From assembly GCF_006345805.1 (NCBI RefSeq), contig NC_043020.1, positions 16,368,001-16,432,000 on the forward strand: DNA of 64,000 nucleotides, read 5' to 3'. A program made the translations under genes and the position numbers. This DNA comes from Octopus sinensis (taxonomy: Eukaryota). Positions 48,321 to 62,049 of the stretch are shown here, piece by piece; the first letter of the stretch is position 1, and each line of letters starts with the position of its first letter. Under the pieces are notes generated by a model that saw only the letters and a list, made by a program, of their open reading frames with translations, was not told the DNA's origin and searched no databases.

Positions 48321-48963
48321 CCCTTTAGTGTTCACATTATTCTGCCAAAACTAATGCTTTTTTATCCACATTGTTTTGAACTAATCTTGTAGCTATGAGA
48401 TTTTGATGAGGTAGCTGTTGATTTTTAAAACGATATTGTAGGGTTGGTCTGAGAGACCAGATCTGGCCAGTTTGAACATAGAACAGGCAGAATACTTTTG
48501 GCCGGATATGGCCAGTTTAAATGCATTATCTTGTAGCTATGAGATTTTGATGAGGTAGCTGTTGATTTTTAAAACGATATTGTAGGGTTGGTGTGAGAGA
48601 CCAGATCTGGCCAGTTTGAACATAAAACAGGCAGAATACTTTTGGCCGGATATGGCCAGTTTAAATGCATTATCTTGTAGCTATGAGAATTTGATGAGGT
48701 AGCTGTTGATTTTTAAAACGATATTGTAGGGTTGGTCTGAGAGACCAGATCTGGCCAGTTTGAACATAAAACAGGCAGAATACTTTTGGCCGGATATGGC
48801 CAGTTTAAATGCATTATCTTGTAGCTATGAGAATTTGATGAGGTAGCTGTTGATTTTTAAAACGATATTGTAGGGTTGGTGTGAGAGACCAGATCTGGCC
48901 AGTTTGAACATAAAACAGGCAGAATACTTTTGGCCGGATATGGCCAGTTTAAATGCTAAAGGG
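48321..48963 (+). mobile_element. piggyBac-type MITE with 4 tandem copies of a 144-bp internal segment
   Basis: Ends CCCTTTAG...CTAAAGGG|TTAA; units start at 48384, 48528, 48672 and 48816. Monomers at 53086-53309 and 60001-60220. Confidence 0.9.
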
Positions 48964-48989
48964 TTAAATGACTATGGTTGTGAGTACAA

Positions 48990-49335
48990 GCAGCTGAAAT
49001 GAGATTCCTCTGAAGAATCTCTGAACTATTGTTACTTGATAGGGTGTATAGCTTCTCCATTGGGGTCACAGCCCCAGTCCTATGGACATGTGATTAGAAT
49101 GTAACAGGGAAAAAAATATTCCAAGAGGGATTCAAGCCAAGCCAACTGGCAAGAGACCTGAGGGTAGACCAGAACAAGATAGATGAATAATATCCACAGT
49201 CTCAGATTGTCATGCTTAGGAATCCAGCTGGAAAGTAATGGCACTTGTTTCTAATAGAACCCTATGAAGGAGTCACCAAAGGACTCGACCCTTATGCTCC
49301 ACCAGGGATTAGAAGGCAGAAAAGATGAATGGACG
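48990..49335 (+). mobile_element. Decayed RTE LINE 3' end (third family)
   Basis: AAEMRFL.RIS, YGHVIRM and GKRPEGRP motifs with stops. Confidence 0.65.
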
Positions 49336-49364
49336 AATCATATGTAAATGCTTTATAACTCTCT

Positions 49365-49772
49365 TTACTCTTTTCTCTTTTACTTGTTTCAGTCATTTGA
49401 CTGTGGTCATGCTGGAGCACCGCCTTTAGTCAAGCAAATCGACTCTAGGACTTATTCTTTGTAAGCCCAGTACTTATTCTATTGGTCTCTTTTGCCGAAC
49501 CGCTAAGTGACGGCGATGTAAACACACCAGCATTGGTTATCAAGCAATGCTAGGGAGACAAACACAGACACACAAACATACACACACACACATATATATA
49601 TATATACATATATACGACGGGCTTCTTTCAGTTTCCGTCTACCAAATCCACTCACAAGGTTTTGGTCGGCCCGTGGCTATAGCAGAAGACACTTGCCCAA
49701 CATGCCACACAGTTGGACTGAACCCGGAACCATGTGGTTGGTTAGCAAGCTACTTACCACACAGCCACTCCT
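49365..49772 (-). mobile_element. SINE family A, full length
   Basis: Matches 61528-61930. Confidence 0.9.
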
Positions 49773-50074
49773 GCACCACTCTTGGTTCTCATGTATCCAT
49801 GTCGGGTAGGTTCACTGTCATCAATTCACTGTTTTTTTATTTTTTTTTTCAATAAAATAATTTTTAACTATCAGTGGTGAGATACTAAGATACTGTGGAT
49901 ATATTTTCTTGGTAAACTTGCCTCACGTTGAACTTTCCACGCAGTGAACTTAGCTCATGGTGAACTTTCCTCCTGACGAAATTTCTTCATGGTGAATTGA
50001 TGGTGGTGACCTTACTTGTAATCCTCATGCATCTAACCTAGTATATGAGCCAGTTGAAATCGTGATGATAATAT

Positions 50075-50450
50075 TTTTGTTTCAAATTTTGGCACACGAC
50101 CAGCAATTTTAGTGTGGAGAGGGCAGGAGTATATAGTCATTTGCATTGACTCCAGTACTTGACTTTATTCTATCGATCCTAGAAGGATGAAACACAAAGT
50201 CAACCTCAGAGGGATTTGAACTCGGAACAAAAGAGTTAGAAGAAATACTGCTAACCATTTTGTCTGGCTCTAATCATAATAATCTTTTTTCCTATGGGCA
50301 CAAAGCCTGAAATTTTCAGAGAGAGAGCTAATTGATTATATGCTAATTTTATTAAACCTGAAAGAATGAAAAGCAAAGTCTACCTCAGAAGGATCTGAAC
50401 TCAGAGCAAAATTGCTGGAAAGAACTCTGCTAGTCATTTTGTCTGGCATT
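50075..50450 (-). mobile_element. Two decayed SINE family B copies
   Basis: aaggatgaaacacaaagtcaacctc and gaatgaaaagcaaagtctacctc motifs. Confidence 0.6.
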
Positions 50451-50799
50451 AATAATAATGCAATATGCTATTGATAAGGGAAGTCAAATATATTCTTGAG
50501 TAGTAGTCAAGAAATCATGACATGGTTCTTCAGGTGACACCCTCCTTCTTTTTCCGCATATCAATAGCATATAAATGTTTACATTCTTATTTAACCTACA
50601 GTGTGGCTTTATAATATCTAAATTTATTATACTTGTTTTGTTTTAAATTGTATTGAAATTAAAATAGTGTTTGATATTGATTATAATGCTCTGAAATATA
50701 GGCAATAAGTGATCAAATTTAGGGTTGGAAAGTGGTTTTGTTTATTGACCCACTTCTTAGATTTGTACTATTTTATGAAGCCTGGAAGGACAAAAGCAT

Positions 50800-50849
<50 letters not shown>

Positions 50850-50924
50850 TCATATACTTAAAGTTATACCAGCATGATAAAATACTAATAGAAAAGCAGT
50901 GGTACGGTTATATACCAGGAAAGG

Positions 50925-51153
50925 CGGTGAGCTGGCAGAATTGTTAGCACACCGGGCGAAATGCTTTGCGGTATTTCGTCCGCCACTGCATTCTGAGTTC
51001 AAATTCTGCTGAGATCGACTTTGCCTTTCATCCTTTCGTGGTCGATAAATTAAGTACCAGTTACGCATTGGGGTCGATGTAATCGACTTAATCCGTTTGT
51101 CTGTCCCTGTTTGTCCCCTCTGTGTTTAGCTCCTTGTGGATAGTAAAGAGATA
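50925..51153 (+). mobile_element. SINE family B with 16-bp TSD
   Basis: TSD tatataccaggaaagg at 50909-50924 and 51154-51169. Confidence 0.92.
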
Positions 51154-52344
51154 TATATACCAGGAAAGGTCTCAGAGAATGGTTAAGTGACCAAACACTG
51201 CAATATGTCAATGCACGCGGATAGGAAGATCAAGACAAATTGACCAGATATTGTTTTCTAATCCTACCAAGAAATAAAAGATCTTATTTCTTGAAAATAC
51301 AGAGAAATTTCTTGAATATAAGTATCTAGAAATAAAAATAACTTGAAGCTGAAAGCAGAACAATTCCTTTAATAATAGGTGCCTTGCGAAAGAAGATAAA
51401 AATATACAGATAATTGCATAACCCAAACCCAAGATATACAAATAAGTGCAAAATATAGAAAAAGCACTGTGCAGAGATAACGGAAAGTATTTTCATTACT
51501 GTAAAATTAACATATACAAAACACAACACTCTTCACACAGAAGGCATGTTTGTGTTCATTTGTGCAGTGAAAGCATTCAATAAAAGACTACTGAATGATG
51601 ATGATGATGGAGGAGGATTTGCAGAACTGCTCACCCAAATGTGGAATGTGCAATGATTCAGATGAGACCTTAACTCACATTGTATTAGAATATCCACAGT
51701 TAGCTCAAAATGAATATAAAATATAGGGATAATAATAGTATAGGCATGCAATAATTCGCAAGAATATTTGCAAGTGATTTGGTTTCGCATCCATAGGAAA
51801 ACACTATAAATGTTTTATATAAATAAAAATGCAAACCCTTGGAAACAGTGAAGTGAAATTGTGGTGAGCGAGATTTTGTTATGCAATCCTAAAATAAGAA
51901 TTGTACGCAAAAGGCTGGTCAATGTAGTCATTGACATGAAGAAATCATTTGCTACCGGAACAAGAAGAAAACAGAATAATAAACTGGTACTCGATCAGGT
52001 ATGACAACGAGTGTTCCAGTTGATTTGATCTGCAGAACAGCCTGCTTGTGAAATTAACATACTCGTAGCTCAGCACTCCATAGACCCACGTACCCCCAAC
52101 ACAGTTCTCAGGGAGATTCAGTGTGACATAGAATGTGATGAGCCTGGCCCTTTGAAATATAGGTACTACTCATTTTTGCCAGCAAAAAAAAGGGGACTAG
52201 AGCAATGTGAAATAAAGTGTCTTGCTGAAGAACATAACACTCCATCTGTTATAACAATGAGGGTTCAATTGATCAATGGAACAGCCTGCTTGAGAAATTA
52301 ATGTGAAAACGGCTGAGCACTCTGTAGACACACATCATTATCAT

Positions 52345-52560
52345 CATCATCATCATCATTGTTTAACGTCCGTTCTCCATGCTAGCATGGGTTGGACGTT
52401 TCGACCGGGGATCTGGGAAGCCAGAAGGCTGCACCAGGCTCCAGTCTGATCTGGCAGTGTTTCTACAGCTGGATGCCCTTCCTAACGCCAACCACTCCGT
52501 GAGTATAGTGGGTGCTTTTTACGTGCCACCTGCACAGGTGCCAGGCGAGGCTGGCACGTA
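52345..52560 (-). mobile_element. Family E element
   Basis: Near-consensus tail. Confidence 0.9.
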
Positions 52561-52574
52561 CCCATAATATAGTT

Positions 52575-52772
52575 TTCAGAGTGATTCAGTGTAACTCAGA
52601 ATGTGATATGGCTGACCTTTTGAAATACAGGTACTGCTCGTTTTTGCCAGCAGAGTGAACTGGAGCAATGTGAAATAGTGTCTTGCTCAAGGACACAACC
52701 TGCTGTTGGATGTTGAACTCACAACTTCATGATTGTGGGCTGAATACCCTAACTACTAAGCCACACACCTTC
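52575..52772 (-). mobile_element. SINE family F 5' half
   Basis: The reverse complement has a tRNA-like head and ccttgagcaagacac core. Confidence 0.7.
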
Positions 52773-53085
52773 ATAAGTAGTATATTATTCCAACTTGAAG
52801 TATGACTTCCTTAAGTAATGGATAGTTTAGCAAAGTCATGATACCGCCAATTATTATTATAAGAGCCTTGGGAACAGTGACAAAACATCTGAGCACAAAT
52901 CCGAGCGTCTGGAAGTAGGTGCAATGCTGTAAACATGCCCACCAGGTTCAGCAAAAATAATCCGGGAAGTTTTCATTACAAAGTAAGAACGGATATGAAG
53001 ATGAGAAAAATATTTCTTATACAAAAGTTACAAAATGCTTCTCATTGTAGACCACTAGCTATGTTTCAGTTGGAAGTATATTTAA

Positions 53086-53309
53086 CCTTTAGCACTTAAA
53101 CCAACTATATCTGGCCTAAATATTCTGTTTTATCTTCAAACTGACCACATCTGGCATCTCACATCTATCCAACAATGTCATTCTAAAAATAAACATTCAC
53201 ATCCATCTAAATCTTGCAGCTATGCGATAATGCATGATTAATTTAAAACAATGTGAATAAATATGCATCACATTTGACAATTACATTTGATAAGCTGAAT
53301 GCTAAAAGG
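53086..53309 (-). mobile_element. piggyBac-type MITE monomer
   Basis: TTAA TSDs at 53082-53085 and 53310-53313; reverse-complement homolog of 60001-60220. Confidence 0.8.
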
Positions 53310-53649
53310 TTAAACCAGGCAAAACACTAATTCCTTGAAATAACAGAACATTGTTATAATGGTAACAGTAATCACAACAGCAATGATAATTTTCAAAGTG
53401 ACACTCGGTTTTATGTTTGTAGAAGGTTCTCTCAATTACCCAAGATAAAAATAAAATAATATTTTTTTTAATCATTGCTATCTCCCCACACAGATTTCTA
53501 ATACATTTTCCATCCAGATAGTTGGCATAACTATTCTACCAATATTTTTCCACCAAAAATAATGTAATTTGTTATATATAAAGAATGGCCCCTTGGTCAT
53601 GTTCGAAATTTCTAATAATTTCTTCCTTTTCTTTTTTTTTATATATAAT

Positions 53650-53880
53650 ATCATCATCATCTTCATTTAGCATCTGCTTTCCATGCTGGTGTGGGTTAGA
53701 CAGTTTGACTGGAAGGAGTAAGCTGGAGTGCTGTACTCTGTTCCAGTCTGTTTTGGCTTGGTTTCTATGGCTGGACGCCCTTCCTTACACCAACCACTCC
53801 AAGAGTGTAATGGGTGTTTTTTATGCACCATCAGCATAGGTCCTTTTATGTACCACTGGCACAGGTGCCAGTTATGTGCC
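53650..53880 (-). mobile_element. Family E variant
   Basis: (CAT)n-ttagcatctgctttccatgctgg. Confidence 0.7.
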
Positions 53881-54494
53881 ACCGATGTAACTGAATGCTA
53901 AATATAATGTTCTCTCTATGAACAAAACTTTGCACTATTATCCTATGGATCATGAGTCCAAACTCAACTGCAGTAATTTCAATGGGGTTTTTTTTTTATT
54001 GACAGGATACTAAATTTTACATGCCTTAGCTCATCTAGTTGCTTGTATAGATTTTCCTCTCTTGTCTTTATAATTTAAAACCTGAGGCTAAGAACTACCC
54101 CTATGGAATCTTAAGGTTCTTACAAAGATTTTCTGTAAAGATTATGACCTTTATAGTATATTGTGAATACAATGTTAATAATTCTTTGCTTATAGACTTA
54201 GCTTAACATGTAACTTTTTAAAGATCTTCACAACTCTATCATCAGTTTAGTAAACTCCAGTTACATATTCTCTATTTTGCTTTTGTTTTATATTAATTTA
54301 TTGTGAAAATAATAGAGTTCTATGTATTGGATGTATAAGTAGGCATATTGGGCAGGTAGAAAATAAAATCTGAGAAAAGAAATAGCAAACCATTTGGTAA
54401 TATCAGGGCACTATCTACTAGTCACTCTTTCCTTTACAACCTGTGTAGGAATCAGAAGGTTTCATGTAAGATGAATAGTTAATATCTTTTTCAG

Positions 54495-54810
54495 CAAGGG
54501 TACATGGCCTAATGGTTAGGATGTTATACTCAGGGTTGTGAAAATCATGGTTTCAATTCCTAGACTGGATGGTATATTGTGTTTTTCAGCAAAACACTTC
54601 ATCTCATATTTCTCTGTGATCATTGTGACAGCAGATGTGTGGTACACCATGCACCTGTTTAGGCAATGTCGATTTGATGGAGAGAGAGTGAGCTGAGGTA
54701 CAACAGATACATTTGGTTGTCATAAGGAATAAATCCTGTGTGTCAGTTGTTCAGCAAGAAACTGCAGAATCACCCTTTCTTGGCTACAAAAGACTCCAAT
54801 CATCCTGTTC
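54495..54810 (+). mobile_element. tRNA-derived SINE family G
   Basis: Homologous to 55119-55419. Confidence 0.65.
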
Positions 54811-55118
54811 ACCATATTGTATGCTACGTGTGTGTGTGCATACATATATAGGGAAAAGATTCATTGGTAAGATTTTTTGCCCCCACGTGATGAGTTGTAG
54901 TGAAAAATGTAAGAAGGAAAATGCAAAGAATGTATCTATTTTTTTATAAGATAAAATATTTACATAGTCAACCAGTTTCATTCTTGCTAATCATGACTAA
55001 GAAATTACTGAAAATATTACAATTTCACAGTGACACTGACTGTTTACTGCCATCATATAGTCTAGTGCTAATCTTTCTTATTAATCTGTCTTATTAAATG
55101 AATGTTAATGTCTCTTGT

Positions 55119-55419
55119 GAGGCCACATGGCCTAGTGGTTCGGCTGTTGCATTCACAATTGCAAGATTGTGCTTTCAATTTCCAGACTGGATGGTGCATT
55201 GTGTTCTTGAGCGAAACACTTCATTTCACGTTGCTCCACAGTCACTTCAACATCTGATGTATGGTACACTATACATTTGTACAAGCAATGTTGATTTGAT
55301 GGAGGCAATGACCTAATGTACAATACAAACTATAAACAAATTATCTGTGCAGATTGTCTGGCAAGAAATTACAGAATCATCTTTCTTGGACTTGAGAGAC
55401 TACCAAAATGAAGAAGAAA
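55119..55419 (+). mobile_element. tRNA-derived SINE family G with 9-bp TSD, (GAA)n tail
   Basis: TSD gtctcttgt at 55110-55118 and 55420-55428. Confidence 0.75.
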
Positions 55420-55585
55420 GTCTCTTGTATTGTTTACTGAATGTTAATGTCTCTTATATTGTTTACTGAGTATTGTATACTGTTTACTGTGCGTTAATGC
55501 CTCTTGCACTGTTTACTGTGCTTTAATGCCTCTTTACAGTTTACTGATTGTTAATGCATCTTGTACTGTTTACTTAGTATTTAGT
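55420..55585. repeat. ~29-bp minisatellite (tcttgtactgtttactgtgcgttaatgcc-like)
   Basis: tgtttactg recurs 6 times; the first unit begins upstream of the SINE at ~55099. Confidence 0.8.
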
Positions 55586-57674
55586 GCACATGCAAGGTCT
55601 TGTATTACAAACCATTCTTTTTCTGACAAACCAAGATTAATATTTTGGAAGAAAAAAAGTAATTTTACAAAAATTGCTGCTTTGTTTTTATAGGAAGTTG
55701 TAAAATTTGGTTATCTGTGTAGAGAGAAGTTTGGCTTTTGTTTTTGAGTTGTTGCTGTTTTAACTTCGTTAATAGTGTAAATATCTTGAATGGTTGATAG
55801 TCTAAGGTGTGTTTATTAGGGGTGGAATGGAGGAATAAGCATGGCATATGCAACACCATCAAAGATTGGTGGTCGTCTCTGTTGGTGTGTATATCAGATG
55901 ATGAAGGACTGTGTTAAGAGGCAAGATGCTGTGCTGTTATAGATCCATCCAACCCATGCCACCATGGAAAAATAGACATTAACCAATGATGATGAAGAGG
56001 AAGAGGAGAAGGTTATAAAGAATCTGATTCTTCTTGAAATTGAAGTTTTAATACTTTAATTACTGCGACAATGAAAGAGTTTCTTCATGTTCACTTAGTG
56101 TACTTGAAATAGCAGCTAAACCTCATTCAAATCAAACCCTTCTAGCTTAGAAAAGGACACATTAAACAATACTATCCTCGGTGAACTCTACCTAGCAATG
56201 GTCTGAGCTTGAATGCCTTGGATCATAGGTTGGCTAGATCAGGGCCAAGCTGGAGCTAAAGATCAACCCAAATATTTACTTTACAAATCTTTCTTTTGGC
56301 AACAATATGTCTAATGATTCTTGAAGTTTCTTGAAGTGGAACTACTTGTAAATATATTGAAATGCTATGGAACACGTGAACTTTGTCATTTTGTTCTTTC
56401 AGCACTTCACACTGCTATCTAAAACTTAAATGTCACGTGTGTGTCTGTGTGAGTCTGTGTCTCTGTGTCTGTATGTGTGTATACTTTGTAAGATATAATT
56501 TACTTATATAATCATAATAAATGGATATGTCATATTTATTTATAGCTATATTTCATTGCTATATATTATGTATTGATTGATTTGAAGAATCGTAAAAACA
56601 CCTAACAAATGCTTTACAGTATTAGTTCCATTCTCTTTACATTCTGAGATCAAATCTCACCAAGGTTAACTTTGCTTTTCAGTCTTCTAACCAAGGGGAA
56701 ATAAAGTACTAGAGAGAGAGAGAGAGAGATCCTTCCTGAGCTATATAAACTCATAGGGTTGGTTTTCCAGTTTCCCTATTTCCCTATGGATGAGATGCTG
56801 TTCTTTTGGAGGATTACCCATTTTTGCCAGCTGACTGAACTGGAGAAATGTGGAATGAAGTATTTTTGTTCAAGAACACAACATATCGCATGGGCCAGGA
56901 ATTGAAACCAGAATCTTGCAATTATGAGTCCAACACCTTAGCCACTAAGCTATGTGCCTTGACACTTGTGAAGTTTTGGGATCAATATAATCAACTGTTT
57001 TTTTCCACCTGTATTTCTTGCAGTGTGCTTATGTTAGAAACAGTTCTTTGTCACACATCAATTCTTGCTATCTCCCCCATGTGGCAGAATGCAAGACAAC
57101 ATGAGATAGTTGCCTCATGTTAGTTTCATCAGCGATACTCTTCCATGCATGCCTAGGACATGTTGGAAGAGAGTATTAATTTTATAGTTTTCCTTCTAGA
57201 TTTGTTGCTTTCACTGCAGCTAAGGAGCTCACTTTACACTTACAGGAATCTATTTAATTCATAGATGGGTCTCTGACAGGTACTACCATTTCAGATCAGA
57301 ATGGACCTGGAAGTAACTCTATGCTCCCCACTTGTAAATGTTTATGGAGTTTTGAAGAAGGCTAAGGGGAAAACAAAAAAGGAAAAAGAAATAAGAGGAG
57401 TAATATTAGTTTCTCATATTGGTGTTATGCTTCATTTCTAGTAGAGTAGTACATTTAATCCCCACTCCAGTACATGATTATTACTTAGTTTATCAACTAT
57501 AAAGGGATCAAGTAAAAACTGACCCCAGCAATATCTAAGCTTAGAATCTGAAGAGGGAAGTAAAAAGACACCACAAGATATTTTGATGACAATCAGATGA
57601 TCCTGTTATCTACTGCATTACTACAAACTTTAAATCTGAAACAAATTAGATGCAGCTTCTTTTTTTTATTTATA

Positions 57675-58105
57675 TGAAGACCTGTTGAGGCAAGTGAAAA
57701 TCCAAAATCCAAATCGAAATTGATCAACATCAATGGAAATTGCAGCTGTGATACCAGTGCCGGTGGTACGTAAGAGAACCATCCGAACGTGGCCGTTGCC
57801 AGCACCGCCCTGACTGGCCTCGTACCGGTGGCACGTAAAAAGCACCATCCGATCGTGGCCATTACCAGCCTCGCCTCGCCCCGTGCCGGTGGCAAGTAAA
57901 AAGCACCATCCGATCGTCGCTGTTTGCTGGTACGTAAAAAGCATCCACTACACTCACGGAGTGGTTGGCGTTAGGAAGGGCATCCAGCTGTAGAAACATT
58001 GCCAGATCAGACTGGGCCTGGTGCAGCCTTCTGGCTTCCCAGACCCCAGTTGAACCATCCAACCCATGCTAGCATGGAAAGCGGATGCTAAACGATGATG
58101 ATGAT
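57675..58105 (+). mobile_element. Long family E element
   Basis: Shares gaagacctgttgaggcaagtgaaaatc with 31210-31240; internal units and canonical tail. Confidence 0.9.
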
Positions 58106-58629
58106 ATATATATTGAGCCAATTTGTGATCACTTTGATTCTAATAGGATACATGAAAGCATTGTAAAATTATCTTGTTTGGAAGCAGAAGTAGACCAAGA
58201 ATGGATCTGGAGAGCAGGTAGTTACAAGAAACAGAGGCTGATTTCAGGGAGAAGACTGGGTAGCTACATTGGACAGTTGACTTATAATGTGATGTAGAAC
58301 TGAGTTGTATGGAAGTAAGGTCTGCTGCATGTCCATAGTTTCAATGAGGTAATGTTATTGTTGTTGTTGCATGAGAATTAAATATAGGTTTGGTGATCTA
58401 AACAAGAAAATAGAATTCAAAACATGAGCATATATACAATCTTTTTTTATAATCAGTAGAAGTTACAGAGTGACTCAAAGGCCAAGAGCTTCATACATTT
58501 ATAAACATTTTAACGCACAAAGTCTTTGGTTGGCTGACATTGAAAGATTTTAAACTTTATTTGAAAAGATTTCTATTACATTTTTTATATGTATTTTTTC
58601 TTACATGTTTTATAAATCAAGTAATTAAT

Positions 58630-58840
58630 GGTTTCAACTTTAGGCACAGGACCAGTGGGTTTTGAAGGGAGGGGGGAAGTTGATTACATTAGCACTCCTC
58701 ATGCATGACTAGTACTTATTTTATCAACCCTGAAAAGCAAAGTCAACCTCTGCAGAATTTTCAGCTCGCAACATAAAGATAGATGAAATGTTGCTAAGCA
58801 TTATGTCCAGCATTCTGACAGTTCTGCCAGGTTGTTGCCT
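58630..58840 (-). mobile_element. Decayed SINE family B
   Basis: Reverse complement of the family B consensus. Confidence 0.65.
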
Positions 58841-58899
58841 TAAATTAAATAACTGATGAGGGAGGTTGATAATTTATACATTATTTTACTTTTGTAACC

Positions 58900-59300
58900 A
58901 TCATCACCATCATCATCATCATACTTTAACATCTGTTTTCCTTCTTGGTATGGATTGGACGGTTTGACCAGAGCTGGTAAGCTGGAGAGCTGCACCAAGA
59001 TCTAGTCTGATTTGCTTTGTTTTCTATGGTTGGATGCCCTTTCTAACACCAACCACCTTACAGTGTGTGCTGGGTGCTTTTAGCATGGCACCAGCACAAA
59101 CACTTTTACATGGTACTGGTATGAGCACTATTACATAGTGCTGGCTTGAGTGCTTTTTACATGGCACTGACACAGAATTCTTGCAGGTCAATCCTCTTCA
59201 TCAGCGGGGAGTGGCATTAACACTTCTGCTGTGGGGGACAAGTTTTCTTGAGTACTGCAAGGCATGAGTTATATCCGTCTTTTGTCATCTCCTCTGAAAG
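58900..59300 (-). mobile_element. Family E variant
   Basis: (CAT)n tail, ggatgccctttctaacaccaaccac. Confidence 0.7.
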
Positions 59301-60000
59301 GCTCTCAATGAACTTTTTATTTTGTATCATACCTGTGTAAAAGCAAAATTTGTCTAATGGAAATATTCATTTCCATTTAGTAGATATCACTCGATATATA
59401 TATATATATAGTGGTTGCTCTTCATCACAATTCTAGAATTCAAAAACAGTCAATTACGATTTAGTAGATTTCTAAAAGTAATCTATAATCTTTATATTAT
59501 CATAGATGATTAGGAAGGATAGGTTTCTCTTTTATCTTCCTGCTCTCTTATATTAAAGATTATTATCTCTGTTATAGTACCACTATTTTTTTAAAACTTG
59601 ACTTTCATCTCAAAATGGCTTCTTGATTGCTTCTTTTTACAGAAAGTATTTTTATTTTCTAATATAATTTAATGACCAAACATTAGATAAAACAATTAAT
59701 TGAACCAAATAATATTGTTTTTAATTGTATTGCTTTTCAATCTACGCACCTTTTTTAACAAAATTATTTTCTGTGAATTTCTATTTTATCTTCATAATTA
59801 ATCTACTTGTTTAGTATTCTGTGAGATTGTTCATTTTGAGGGTCTAACTAGCAACCATTGGTTTGTTTGTCTTTTGCGATCTTCATGTTCAATCTCGTAA
59901 ATTTATTTTATCAAATAGTTGATACTTAACTTTTTTCAATATGTAATATCAGAGTCTACAAGTAAAATTTGCTAGAAATATCATCAAAATATTCATTTAA

Positions 60001-60220
60001 CCCTTTAGCGTTTAGATCGTGAATTCAAATGTAATACTTTTTCATTCACATTGTTTTTAATTAATCATGCATTATCTTGTCGCTTCAAGATTCTGATGAT
60101 GTAATTATATATTTTTAGAATGACATTGAAGGGTAGGTGTGAAAGGCTGGATCTGGCTGGTTTGAACATAAAACAGGTAGCATATTTGGGCCAGATATGG
60201 CCAGTTTAAATGCTAAAGGA
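60001..60220 (+). mobile_element. piggyBac-type MITE monomer
   Basis: TTAA|CCCTTTAGC...GCTAAAGGA|TTAA. Confidence 0.85.
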
Positions 60221-61527
60221 TTAAATCATAGCTTACCATCTTGAAAAAAAAAGATGGACAGGACTTACTGTAAATAGTAAAAAATAAGGAAGACATATTT
60301 CATAATGTAGATGGATACTACTCACAATCATCAACATCCTTTTAACATCTACTTTTCTATGCTTGCATGGGTCAGGAGTAATGAAGCAGATTTTTCTAAG
60401 GTGAGGTATGGTGACAGTTTTCAAGTAAAGTAATTAAATATTAATATTTCCCCATGGCTAGACATTTTCCACAGAAGATGGAAAATAAATGATACTGCTT
60501 GTATGATGATGTTCATTTACAACTATCACATGATGTATAGACAAAGACACACACACACACACACCACACACACACACACACACACATACATATGTAATAT
60601 GATAGGCGTCTTTCACTTTCTGTCAACTAAACCTACTCACAAGGTTTTGGTGAATAAAATATGACATGGTTATGCCTAGCACATTTTTTATCATGTTCAC
60701 CCTGTTTGAGAAGATTCAGCAATGTAGTTTGTTTAACATTCTGCCCAGGAAACACTCTATTCTTTTTAAGAAGTGGAAAAGTGATAAACTTTGTGATGCA
60801 TCCATGAAAAATCTTGGAATAAAGATTGTCTGTAACTTTTCTCTCTATCATTTTGGCAAAAGAGACCAATGATATAAGTACCAGGCTTTAAAAAATACTG
60901 GGATCAATTAGCTTTACTAAACTAATTTTAGTTTCACCCCAGCATGGCCACAGCTCGTGAGCTGAAACTTGATAAAATAAAATAAAATATTAAATTCTTC
61001 AAGGTGGTTCCCCTGCAGGGCTGCAGTCTAATGACTGAAACAAGTAAAAGATTAAAAAATAAATTACAATTAGAATATCTTTGATAAAAGGTTTGCTATA
61101 TCAGAAATGACATGGAGCTATGTAACTGTGTTTCATCAAAGAAGCATCCTTATCCAGATTAACATGTCCAATTATATCTACTGTATTTAATAGTAAAACC
61201 TGGTTCTTTATTAACGTAAGTAATGATTTTTGTGCAACAAAATGCGATGAGCATTGACAAGGAGAAAACACGATTGGTATCCTAATCTCTTTGTGTTGCT
61301 TGAGTTGCATTATGTTGCTTTCCTTTCTGTCGCAGCTACAAGTCGGTCTCTGTTTCACACTAAATAACTTCTGCTCTACGAAGGCTGATTTTATGTTTTT
61401 ACATGATTACTGTAGCCACAAAAGTGTCCAAATCTTTGTAAATGTGTTTGGCCTCCATCTTTTGTGGAGTAGGAAGGAAAAAAATCAAAAGCTGCTACCA
61501 ATTCATCTTTCAGTTGCTTTTTCTCTT

Positions 61528-61930
61528 TCTCTTTTACTCGTTTCAGTCATTTGACTGCGGCCATGCTGGAGCACCGCCTTTAGTCGAGCAAATCGACCCC
61601 GGGACTTATTCTTTGTAAGCCCAGTACTTATTCTATCGGTCTCTTTTGCCGAACCGCTAAGTGACGGGGACGTAAACACACCAGCATCGGTTGTCAAGCA
61701 ATGCTAGGGGGACAAACACAGACACACAAACAAACGCACATACATATATATATACATACATATATACGACAGGCTTCTTTCAGTTTCCGTCTACCAAATC
61801 CACTCACAAGGCTTTGGTCGGCCCGAGGCTATAGCAGAAGACACTTGCCCAAGATGCCATGCAGTGGGACTGAACCCGGAACCATGTGGTTGGTTAGCAA
61901 GCTACTTACCACACAGCCACTCCTGCGCCT
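61528..61930 (-). mobile_element. SINE family A, full length, young
   Basis: Retains CpGs; near-consensus. Confidence 0.93.
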
Positions 61931-62049
61931 ATTTTCTGTTTTTTTTTTTTAATCATGTTCTACCCCGTGTTTATTGCTGAGTTTTTGGTTGTATGGAGGA
62001 CACCCAACTGTAAAAAGAAATGTTTTAACAAGAAAACATGTGAATGTGC

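Larger units (their letters stand above)
51530..52980 (+). mobile_element. Highly decayed Dong/R4-type LINE, interrupted by SINEs
   Basis: TEGMFVFICA; CCHC knuckle PKCGMCNDSDETLTHIV...LAQNEYK (51630-51720); RLE-like segment (51850-51945); C-terminal ALGTVTK...SAKIIR.V (52860-52975). Confidence 0.55.

Noticed and set aside
48384-48957. CRISPR-like array (also the 69-bp repeat at 1-395)
   Set aside because: Head-to-tail units without unique spacers, no cas genes, eukaryotic context.
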